Shown here one piece after another: positions 27,926-39,077 of a DNA stretch of 64,000 bases (positions are counted from its first letter, which is position 1; each line of letters starts with the position of its first letter). A program made the translations under genes and the position numbers. Source of the DNA: the human T2T-CHM13v2.0 reference genome, Homo sapiens; assembly GCF_009914755.1 (NCBI RefSeq), contig NC_060938.1. One strand, written 5' to 3'. The notes below the pieces were generated by a model that made no database searches, was not told the origin of the DNA, and saw only the letters and a list, made by a program, of their open reading frames with translations.

Positions 27926-29307
27926 ACACTACAGCTGTAATACGTAATATTTTGAAATTAGATTTTAGCTTAGGAACAATACATACCCAATAAAGTGGAG
28001 CTCAGAAGACATCACTTAAGAATTGTTAAATAAGTGCCATCTTTTTGTTTTTATACTGAAAAACAAATGTATCGATTCTCAATTATTTTCTCCCTAATGT
28101 AACAATAATAACATAATATTGTATTTTCCAAAACCATTCCTCCTTTCTCTCAATTGTATGTATTTTTCCTTTTTTATTTCTCCTTTTTCTTTTTGGAGCA
28201 TGATAAATATTTTTAAATCTATCCTCCTGAAATCGCATCTAGGATTTGGGATATATTTTGCCATAAATCTTTGCTTCCTTGGAATAAAAATATTCTCTAC
28301 ATTTTTATTATTCTAATATTGATTCAGCTTTGGAGTTAATTCATATGCAAATCAAATAATTTACCCAAACTTGTAAAGGATATGCATTATCAGAACACAA
28401 CACCTGCAGGACAAAAGAGAGGTTAATTTCATTGTTGCTCCAAAGCAAAAGGAGATCATTATGGAGCCTGCAGTAACCAAGCTGTGTGAAATAGCTGCAT
28501 TAGTCATTAACTTTCCAGCACTAAATTTCATATCAAACTCAATTAACTACTACATAGCTTTTAATGACAATATTTTTTCAGATGCAGCTCTTGTTTACTA
28601 ATAAGATTTCACATCACGACTATCTGTTCCACTACTTCCTCCATGTTAATGAATTCAAGTCTTGATTTTCTCCAAAGAAAATGGGAAAATGAAAATCGCA
28701 TTTGCTAAAATTCTCCTTGAATTATGTTTTAACATTTCAAGTGTGTTAATGTAATGCTTTAGAAGCTAAAGGGAACGATTATATAGGAAGCTAAAGTCAT
28801 CTATGTCTATCCTCGGGATTGATTAAGTTTGCTATTTATACATGTTTCCCCCACAACATTGCTGTGTTGGAATTTATCAGGATAGGAACCATCTAAATTG
28901 AAAATGCCCCTTCATATATTTTTATCACAGTGAAAGTCAAAGCCTAGAATAACAAAAAGGCACAAAATTAATGTCATCAGGAAACAATTTACTCAGCTAA
29001 TTAGCATAACATTCTCATATAAAAAGACAGATGGATTAAGGGATCAGGTCATTCATAGCCTGCAGCAAACTGCTTCAGTCTTTAATCCCCTGCTGTTACC
29101 TATCAACTGGTACTCTTTTTATGGATTTGGATAGATCCCTGGGAAGATTTAGATTCTCCCATTGGATTGATTCACCTTGTTCCTTTAACTTTTTATTGAT
29201 GATATATTTCATTATTTCCTGACTAAAACAACAGTAAGAACTCTAGTTAGCAGCTAAAGAATTGAACTAAAGGTGTATCTCCACATTTCTCATATAGTAG
29301 CTTCTAC

Positions 29308-29350
<43 letters not shown>
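29308..29350. repeat. (CA)n microsatellite
   Basis: ~21 perfect CA units. Confidence 0.95.
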
Positions 29351-29352
<2 letters not shown>

Positions 29353-29747
29353 TGCCCTGCAGTGCTAACAAATAGGCTCCAGCTTGAATACAACCATAGA
29401 AGAGTTTTATATATATATATATATATATCCTACTTCAATAAAAGTTGGGATTTCATGCTACATACAAAACTTTCAAGACAATTAGGAATAGCACAGCAAC
29501 AGCCAGTAATAACTATGAAAAATATCAAATTCTTTACATGGAAGTAGTGAATCAGCATAGATTACAGATTTCCATGAGTCCTTTGAAAAATGTTTCCAAA
29601 AATAATGACTAAGAAAACTATCAGTGAAGATGTTTGATCTATTGTATAGAAACCAAAACCAACAAATGAAAGAAAAAGGCTTTGGGGAAAAAAAAATTAT
29701 TTTAAAGTTTTACGCCACAGGGAGATAATTTGTTTCCTTTTGACTAT

Positions 29748-30211
29748 TGTATTAGCTTTCTAGGGCTGCCATAACAAAGTATCACAATATAGGTGGCTTA
29801 AAAAAAAACAAACATTTATTGTCTCACAGCTCTGTAAGCTAGAAGCCTGAAATCAAGGTGTTGGCAAGATTGGTTCCTTCTGAAAAGTTCTGACTTAAAG
29901 TCCGTTCCCCGTGTGTCTTCTAGTTGCTGGTGGTTGCCAGCAATTTTTGGTGTTCCTTGACTTGTGCATGCATCACCCCACTGTCTGCCTCCGTCATTAC
30001 ATGGCCTTCTTCCCTATATTTCTTTATGTCTCTCTGTCTCCATATTTTCTTTCTTTATAAAGAAACCAGTCACTGAATTGGGGCCCATCCCATTTCAATA
30101 TGACCCTGTTTCAAAATAACAACATCTGCAATAACCTATTTCCAAATAAGGTCACATTCACAAGTATTGGTATTAGGATTTCATTTTGGAGACACGATTC
30201 AACACACAATG
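29748..30211 (-). mobile_element. MaLR solo LTR (MLT1C-like)
   Basis: TGTATTAGCTTTCTAGGGCTGCCATAACAAAG...CCTATTTCCAAATAAGGTCACATTC; perfect 5-bp TSD ACTAT (29743-47, 30212-16). Confidence 0.9.
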
Positions 30212-30817
30212 ACTATAAACAATCAGAATGTTAGTTTATTAATTTATAGCAAGAACTATGTTATATAAAAGAAAATTCTTACTTCAGCATAAACAGTACA
30301 TACTTTCCACCCAAACGCACATCCGTATGGGAAAACAAAATGTAGTCACATGATAGCTGAGTATATATTAGATCAGAAAAATAAAGTTCAATGATTAGAA
30401 TATTTAACATCGTGAAGCTAATATAAATGTGCACATGCGTTTATTTTTATTGTAGGAAGGCTTACCAACTTAATTGACAGTTTCACTTGCCCAGACTTCC
30501 TATCTCAGGAATTGGACTTCTACTTAGATGGAAAAGAGATTTATGCCTTAAAGATTCATCTGCAGCTCAGTTTCCATAGGCAACTAATTCTCCTTTCATT
30601 GACAGACTCTTTCTATAGCTATGTTAATGAATTCAGTCCCAACATAGGAAAATCCTCTGACTTTACCCCCCTTAGATTAGTTTACAGTGCTTCAGAAGGC
30701 ATTCTTTCAGAAGGCATTCTTCCTTCTCTTAGTTTTATATATTTATAAAAGGTTATATAAAACTAAGAGGGTTGTATTTTTGTAGCCATCTTTCTGATTA
30801 TCCTCATGTACTGAGAA

Positions 30818-30859
30818 TGTGTGTGTGTGTGTGTATTGATACATACATATATATTTATT

Positions 30860-30909
<50 letters not shown>

Positions 30910-31072
30910 CAAGACTATATGTATATAGTCTTGTCCTATTTGGAGACCCATTAAAGTATTTTTTCTTCCCATTCTTTTACTTCAACTATGATATACAATT
31001 AATTCTGTTATACACACAGACACATACACATACATATACACATACATATATATGTATGTATGTGTATACATA
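30818..31072. repeat. Cluster of (TG)n, (TA)n and (CATA)n-like simple repeats
   Basis: TG run at 30818, TG+TA run ~30860-30906, CA/TA mix ~31008-31072. Confidence 0.9.
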
Positions 31073-31119
31073 TGTTTTAATAATCAAAGTTACAATTTAT
31101 TTTGAACATATTATTTGCC

Positions 31120-31300
31120 AGAATTTATATGGCATACTTTGCATTCACTAACCTATTTAATCTTTAATATCTAAATGGGACAATTATTATTATTTACTTT
31201 TCAAAGATGGGGTAACAAAGGCTTCTGTTACCCCTCAATGTTGCCCATTCTCCACAGACTATGTAATAGAAGTTAAAATTATTTTTGCCCAACATCAAAT
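31120..31300 (-). mobile_element. MIR fragment
   Basis: CTATTTAATCTT...ATTATTATTATTTACTTTTCAAAGATGGGGTAAC. Confidence 0.55.
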
Positions 31301-31734
31301 ATCTTGCATCATACTGCATTCCTTTCAGCAACCTGCATTTTTCAGCAACCTGCAATTTCCCTATAACCTGAAAATTTTGAACCTCCATGCCTTCGTGTGT
31401 AATATTTTCTGCATGAAAAATGTGTCATTTCAACCTATCTAACTCTTGATTACTATCTAAGGTAAGATAGAAGTGCCAACTTTTTCAAGGTTTTAGAAAA
31501 AAGGTGAAAATAATAGTCTCTTGGTCCACACTCACATAGCCCTTTGTTTATAATATTAAACACCATATTATATTATGCTATTAATAGCCAGCTGTTTATT
31601 TATTCATCTCCTTCAGCAGACTCTAAAGGCCATTAGGGACTTGCTAATTCATTTACTAATTAATTAAAGAAATTTGAGGAGAATATCAAGAATAGCCCTC
31701 TACTTGTTCCCATCCACCATTCATCACTCACTTT

Positions 31735-33207
31735 CTTAATTGTTCATTCACAATGCACATATACAGTAATGTCAGAAATGTTACGCCATACCTCCATGAG
31801 AAACAACTTTATTAACTGGAGCACTGTGCTGTATACACTTCCTTTCACCTTTAATTTTACAGTCTCCTCTCATTTCTGAAGTTACTTATTTCAGCGCATT
31901 TTTTCCCACCCATCTCAGTGAGGTTGTTTCATATATTTTCAATACATTTATAATATTTTGTCACACTCTGCATTCCATCTTGCAATCCCTCTACTTCCTA
32001 AAGGATAGTTTTTTTTTTAGTTGTATAAATTAATGTTTCCTCCTCAAGCTCAAAAACTGTTATGGATTTTGAGAAATGCATAATGTTATGTCCACCATTA
32101 CAATATCATATAAAATAGTTTCAGTATAGTAAAAAACTTGTTTTCATGTTTCACATATTTAACCCTACTTCCTCTCCCCTCACCTCTGGAAGCACTAATC
32201 TTTTTTACTATATTGTTTTGCCTTTTTTACCATGTCATATAGTTAGAAACATATAATACGAGGCATTTGCAGACTAATTTCTTTCACAGAGCAATAAATA
32301 TTGAATATTCATGTATTTATTCCTGTAGATTTGTATTTATTTCTTTTTTCTGGATGTACCACGGTTAATCAATTCACTTATTTAAGGTTTAAGGCCATGT
32401 AGGTTGCTGTCCTTTTTTGATAATTATAAAAAAGAGCTCTGATAAACACTCACATTTTTATGTGATATAAATTGTCAAATCATTGGGATAAATACCTAGA
32501 AGCATGATAGCTGAAGTGCATGGTGAGCCGATATTTAGACTTGTAAGAAACTGCCAATCTGTCTTCCAGCGTGCAGTACCAATTTTAAAATTCCCTTCAG
32601 CAAACGGCTACTATTGCTCTACATTTTCACCAGAATTTGTAATACTTCGGTTCATGGATTTAAGCCATTCTAACTAATGTGTGGTAGCATCACAATTGTT
32701 TTAATTTGTGTTTCTCTAAAGAAAAAAAATGCTGTTGAGCATATTTTTATATGCTAGTTGCCATGGGTATTTCGGGGCAGGGGTGAGGTGTCTTTTCACA
32801 TTCTATGCACATTTGTAATTGGCTTGTTTGCTTTCTTATTATTCAGTTTTCAGAGTTATTTGTATGTTTAGATAGCAATACTTTATTAGATATACGGTTT
32901 ACAGATACTTTCTCCTAGTTTGTGGCTTGTCTTTTAACTCTCTGCAGTCTTTCACAGAGCAGAAAATTCCATTTTAAATTTAACAAATTCTAACATCATT
33001 TTTTTCCTTTGTAGCTAGAACTTTTGGTATTAATATTATGTCTAAAAATCCATTATCAAACCTAATGTCACTCATAACATGTAAAGCATACTTCCTTTTT
33101 CAACTATTCTAGTGGTTCCCCCAGAGTATCCAATACACATTTGTTACTAATCTAAAATCACCTTCAAATAGCACTCCACCAATTCACATACAGTGCAGGT
33201 ACCTTAA
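31735..33207 (-). mobile_element. Old L1M (L1MD/MC-type) 3' region, probably more than one fragment
   Basis: Antisense L1M motifs GGGATAAATACCTAGAAG, GTAAGAAACTGCCAATCTGTCTTCCA, TCTTTCACAGAGCAGAAA. Confidence 0.75.
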
Positions 33208-34602
33208 TGAGAGGTGACAGCGTGCAGGCAGCCCTTGCTCGCTCTCCGTGCCTCCTCGGCCTCGGCGTCCACTCTGGCCGCGCTTGAGGAGCCCTTCGCC
33301 CCGCCGCTGCACTGTGGGAGCCTGTCTCTGGTCTGGCCAAGGCCGGAGCCGGCTCCTTCTGCTTGTGGGGAGGTGTGGAGGGAGAGGCACAGGCGGGAAC
33401 TGAGGCTGCGCGCGGCACACGCAGGCCAACGCAAGTTCCGGGTGGGCTCGGGCTCTGCGGCCCTGCACTCTGAGCGGCCAGGCTGGCGCCACCGCCCCGG
33501 GCAGTGAGGGGCTTAGCACCCAGGGCCAGCAGCTGCGGAGGATGCGCCGGGTTCCCCAGCACCGCCAGCCCGCCCGCTGCGGGCTGGAATTCTCGCCGGG
33601 CCTCAGCCACTTCCCCGCGGGGCAGGGCTCGGGACCTGCAGCCCGCCATGCTGGAGCCTCTCCCCGCCCGCGCCTTCCCCTGCGGGCTCCCCCGCCCCTG
33701 TCCGGAGTCTCCCCGACCGGCACCGCCCTCTGCTCCGCGGCGGCTGGTCCCATCAACAACCAAAGGGCTGAGGAGTGCAGGCGCCTGGCGTGGGACTGGC
33801 GGGCAGCTCCCCCAGCGGCCCCAGCGCGGGATCCACTAGGCGAAGCCAGCTGGGCTCTTGAGTCAGGTGGGATCTTGGAGAACTTTTGTGTCTAGCTGGA
33901 GGATTGTATATGCGCCAATCAGCACTCTGTGTCTAGCTCGGGGTTTGTGGATGCATCAGTCAGCACTCTGTCTAGCTAATCTAGTGGGGACTTGGAGAAC
34001 TTTTATGTCTAACTAGAGGATTGTAAATGCAGCAATCAACACTCTGTGTCTAGCTCAAGGTTTGTAAACGCAGCAATCAGCACCCTGTCAAAACGGACCA
34101 ATCAGCTCTCTGTAAACTGGACCAATCAGCAGGATGTGGGTGGGGGTCAGATAAGGGAATAAAAACAGGCTGCCACAGCCAGCAGTGGCAATCCGCTTGG
34201 GTCCCCTTCCACACCTTGGAAGCCTTGTGTTTTCGCTGTTTGCAATAAATCTTGATGCTCACTCTTTCGGTCCACACTGCCTTTATGAGCTGTAACAACC
34301 ACCGCGAAGGTCTGCAGCTTCACTCCTGAGGCCAGCGAGACCACGAACCCACCGGGAGGAATGAACAATTCCAGACGTGCCACCTTAAGAGCTGTGACAC
34401 TCACTGCGAAGGTCTGCAGCTTCACTCCTGAAGCCAGCGAGACCACGAACCCACCAGAAGGAAGAAATTCCGAACACGTTCGAACATCAGAAGGAACAAA
34501 CTCCGGACACACCATCTTTAAGAACTGTTAACACTCACCATGAGGGTCCGCAGCTTCATTCTTGAAGTCAGTGAGACCAAGAACCCACCAATTCCGGACA
34601 CA
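33208..34602 (+). mobile_element. Solo LTR12 (ERV9/HERV9 LTR; C/D/E-type long form)
   Basis: TGAGAGGTGACAGCGTG start, AATTCCGGACACA end, 4-bp TSD TTAA (33204-07, 34603-06), CpG-rich U3, CAATCAGCACTCTG repeats, U5 GAAGGTCTGCAGCTTCACTCCTGA repeats. Confidence 0.97.
33905..34170 (+). promoter_or_regulatory. LTR12 enhancer/promoter module (NF-Y CCAAT boxes, GATA site, TATA-like AATAAAA)
   Basis: GCCAATCAG at ~33914, GACCAATCAG twice (~34096, ~34120), AGATAA ~34149, GGAATAAAAAC ~34156. Confidence 0.7.
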
Positions 34603-34606
34603 TTAA

Positions 34607-36189
34607 TAGAATAGTCCCAGTTCATCCTTCGTATCTTTTGTAACATCACCATCAGTCCTTTCACTTACCCACATGCTGTAATTGCCCAACACATTTACTA
34701 ATATTACTTTAAACAAACATATAGTTTAAATAGATTTACAATAAGAAAAAACATTTTTTTTCTTTTTCAACACACTTGCTTTCTTGTTGTAAATACAGGT
34801 TTCTGATCTATATCATTCTTCTCCATGAATAACCTCTTTTAACACATTTGCAGGAAAGTTTTCTGGCAGTATATTCTGTTAGTGTTTTTTTGTCTGGTAA
34901 ATTCTGATTTCCCCTCTGCTTTTGAAGTATAATTTTGCTAGATGTAGAATTCTAAGTTGGTGCATTTATTCCTTTAACACTTAAATATTTCCCTCTACTC
35001 TCTGCTTTCTTGCCTGGTTTCTTAGTGGAAGTGGGCTGAAATCCTTACTCTTTTTTCTCTACAAGGAATGTAGTTTTCAATCCAGATTCTCTCAAGATTT
35101 TCTGTTTGTCTATTTATTGATTTATTTTATTTTATTTTATTCTACATATAGTAAATGCTATGTCTGGTGCTGTATTTTTGTTGTTTGTCATGAATTATAT
35201 TCTCTGACCTTCCTGGACCGGTCGTTTGTTTCATGTCATTATGCTTTAAAATTTCTTGACCATTACTCATTTAGATAGATTCTCCTCATTTATCTCTTTC
35301 TCTTCCTTCTGCTATTCTAGTTTCCCATTTTGTACAACTTTAGAAACTGCCCAGCGGGTCTTTGATGTCCTTCACTTTTTTTTTTTCATTTATTTTTTTC
35401 TTGGCACTTTGTTTTAAAATGTATTTTTGACCTATCTTTAGTTTCACTAATTCTTTCCCCAAACATGTCTGGTCTACTAATGAAACCATTGAAAGCATTT
35501 TTAAAAAAAATCTATTGGAGTTATTTTAATTTCTAGCCTTTTCTTTTGGTTCTTTGTTAGAATTTTCATCTCTCTGCTTATACTAATCATCTTTTATTGA
35601 ATATTTTCTACATTTTCCACTAGTGTCCTTAACATCTTAATCATAGTTATGTAAAATTTCTTGATTGCTATTTCCAAAATATGCATCGTCATCACTGAGT
35701 CTTGTTCTGATGATCATCATGTCTCTTCAGATTGTGATTTTTTTCCTTGCCTTTTACCATGTTTTGTAATTTTGTTGCCATTGTTGAGAGCCAGACATGT
35801 TGTATCCATAATAGATATTGAGATAAATTGATGCTGAGATAAATTGATACTGAGATAAACTGAGGATGTATGTTAATCTGTCTTGGAGTTGGACTGCATT
35901 TAGTATTTGTTATAGCTCAAGTTTCTGAAGGTTTCAAATTCCTCTAGTGTCCTTGTTTTTGTCTCCTCCCTTAACTTTGGGTTTCCTTAAGTACTCATCT
36001 TCAAACAGTGTCTGTTTCTTGTAGCTCTTTTGTCTATCCCCGTATATTGGAGTCATGTTGGTTTAAATTTTATGGTATGAGCAGAGAAATATGTTCTATA
36101 GTGCTCGATTGAATATCCGTCTCTCAGTGGGCCTATGTCTTAGGTTATGACTTTTACAAGTGTTTTGCCAGTAGTTTATCTTTTGTCCC
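34607..36189 (-). mobile_element. Continuation of old L1MD-like element (ORF1/5' region)
   Basis: TTTGAAGTATAATTTTGCTAGATGTAGAATTCTAAGTTGG...CTCTACTCTCTGCTTTCTTGC; resumes directly after the LTR12 TSD. Confidence 0.75.
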
Positions 36190-36777
36190 TATTACAGGAC
36201 TTCTAGATTCATATGCCCACTGAGCAGCAATAGACCAATACACTGAGACATCATAATTTGCAGCAGAAAGGGAGTTTAATAATCACAATGTCATTGCGCA
36301 AAGAGATAGAAGAAATCCTCAAGCTTCAAATCTGTCTGCTTGAGGGGTTCTGAGCCAGGGTTTTTAAGGGGATTGTGGCGGGTGAGGGTCTGGAGAATTG
36401 GGGTTGTCGATTGGTCAGGTCAAGGAAGATTAAGTCATCATGATGTGAAAACTGCATTCTTCCGTGAGTCGGCTCCTTGCTGGGACCTTCAGATCAACTG
36501 ACATCAACAGTTTTATCAGTATGCCTAACATAAAGGAGAAACTCAAACAGAAAGCATGTCATCTCACATGCCTTAGATTTTATCTATAGAAAAGAAAAGG
36601 AACACAGTCTTGTGACAAGGGCTACACTATCTTGGGGGAGTAAGCAGCAACCAGCTACAAAGAAGTGGGCCAAATTGGAAAGTGGATTTCATGATTGCCA
36701 CTGATTATTCTACAAGCCTAGTTGAATTTTATTTTCTCCCTTAATTGGTTTATAAACTTTTCTTTGGGACAGTTTCA
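36190..36777 (-). mobile_element. ERV1-class solo LTR (LTR26/LTR8-like group, subfamily unresolved)
   Basis: Minus strand starts TGAAACTGTCCC; contains reverse CCAAT (GATTGG) and TTTTAAGG TATA-like region; flanks TCCC/TCCT. Confidence 0.7.
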
Positions 36778-38019
36778 TCCTTCATCCCCTTTAGATGAGA
36801 AAAGAAAGTTAAATGGGGAGGTGCCAAGATGGCCAATTAGCAGCAGCTGTGGTCTGTGACTCCCACGTGGAAGAACAAAAATGGTGAGTGAATTCTGCAC
36901 CTTCATCTGAGGTATCCAGATTCTCTCATTGGGACTGACAAGGTGATTGGCGTGACCCACAGAGAGCAAGGAAAAGCAGGGTGGAGCAATGCCTCACTTG
37001 GGAGCTGCATAGGGCAAGGGGCACTCCCACCCCCAGTCAAGGGAGGCAGTGAGTGATTGTGCTACCTTTCCTGAGAAACCATGCTTTGTCCATGGATCTG
37101 TGCAACTCACAGATCAGGAGATCCCCTTATGAGCCCACACCACCAGGGCCTTGCGTGCCAAGCACAGAGTTGTGCAGACTATCATCACCGCTCAGGCTGT
37201 GGCCAGTGACAGCAGACTGGAGACTGTCTAAGATGACTGAGTTCCCAGGGGAAGGGGTGGTTACTATCACTGTGGCTCCAGTTGGCTGTTTTCCCCTGGT
37301 GGTGCTGGGGAGACAGGGAGGTTTAGATCAGGAGCACAGCAGCTGTGGCAGATCATGGCCAGACTGCTTTTTTAGGTGGAACCTGGATCCATCCCTAGTC
37401 ATTGGGTGGGGCCCCCTTGTGGGAATTTCAGCAACTCCAGCCATAGGTTTATGGACAGAACTCTGATCTTCCTGGGCAGAACTCCTGTGGGGAGGGGCAG
37501 CCACAGTCTCTGTGGTTCAGCAGACTTAGTCTTTCCTGCCTGCTGTCTCTGAAGGGTCTGGACATTCTGGACAAGGGAGATTCCCTCCAGTGCAGTGCAC
37601 CCTCTCTGCCAAGGGGCAGCCAGAGTGCTTTGTTAAGTGGTCCCTGATCCTGTACATACTCCCTAACTGACTGAGACCACCAACAGGGGTCTCCAAGCAT
37701 GTTATACAGGAGTGTTCCTGCTGGCATCACATCAGTGCCCCTCTGGGATGGAGCTCACAGAGGAAGGAGCAGGCAGCCATCCTTGCTGTTCTGCAGCCTC
37801 CACTGGTGACACCTCCAGGTGGGAGAGGAACCAAGTGAGTAGGGTCTGGAGTGGACCCCCAACAAACTGCGGCAGCCCTAATAAGGAAGAGGGGTCTGAC
37901 TGTTGAAAGAAAAACAAGCCAACAGAAAACAACAACAACAAAAACATCCACAAAAATGACCCCACAAAAACCCCTTCCGAATATCAGCAGCCTCAAGGAT
38001 CTAAGATAAGCTCATGGAG

Positions 38020-39012
38020 ATGAGAAAGAATCAATGTAAAAATGCTGAAAACTCAAAAAGCCAGAGTGCCTTTTCTCCTCCAAATGATTGCAACACCTCT
38101 CCAGCAAGGGCACAGAACTGGGTGGAGGCTTGAGGTGGATGAACTGACAGAAGTATTCTTCAGAAGGTGGGTAATAAATTTTGCTGAGCTAAAGAATGTT
38201 CTAAAACAATTCAAAGAAGCTAATAACCATGAAAACATTATAGGAACTGTAAACCAGAATAACCAGTTTATAGAGGAACATAAATGACCTGATGGACCTG
38301 AAAAACACAACACGAGAACTTCACAATGCAACCACAAGCATAAATAACCAAATAGACCAAGCAGAGGAAAAAATCTCAGAGCTCAAAGACTATCTTGCTG
38401 AAATAAGAAAGGCAGATAAGATTAGAGAAAAAACTGAAAAGGAATGAAAAATAATCAGAGAACTATGGAATTATGTAAAAAGACCAAACCTACAACTGAT
38501 TGGGGTACCTGTAAGAAATGGGGAGAATGAAACCAAGTTGGAAAACATACTTCAGGAAATCATTCAGGAGGATTTCCCCAACCCAGCAAGACAGGCCAAC
38601 ATTCAAATTCAGGAAATTCAGAGGACTTCAGTAAGATCCATGAGAAGATCAACCCAAAACACATAATCGTCAGTATCTCCAAGGTCAAAATGAAGGAAAA
38701 TTGTTAAGGGCCAGGTCACCTACAAAGGGAAGTCCATCAGAATAACAGTGGACTCCTCAGCAGAAACCCTATAAGCCAGAAGAAATTGGTGGCTGATGTT
38801 CAACACTCTTAAAGAAAAGAATTTCCAGCTCAGAATTTCATATCTGGCCAAACTAAGCTTCATGAGCAAAGGAGAAATAAAATCCTTCTCAGACAAGCAA
38901 ATACTGAGGGAATTCATCACAACCAAGCCTGGCTTGCAAGAGCTCCTAAAGTAAGCACTGAATATGGAAAGGAAAAACCATTACCAGCCACTACAAAAAC
39001 ACAGTAAAGTAC
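38020..39012 (+). pseudogene. L1 ORF1p relic (frameshifted, stops)
   Basis: ATGAGAAAGAATC start; DELTEVFFRRWVI coiled-coil region; CCAGCTCAGAATTTCATATCTGGCCAAACTAAGCTTC C-terminal domain. Confidence 0.85.
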
Positions 39013-39077
39013 ACAGATCAATGATACTATGAAGCAACAACATTAACAAGTCTGTGAAATAACCAGATAGCATCATA

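Noticed and set aside
33164-34515. Long overlapping GC-rich ORFs (up to 199 aa) on both strands
   Set aside because: Essentially all lie within LTR12, where high GC suppresses stop codons; no domain is recognisable.
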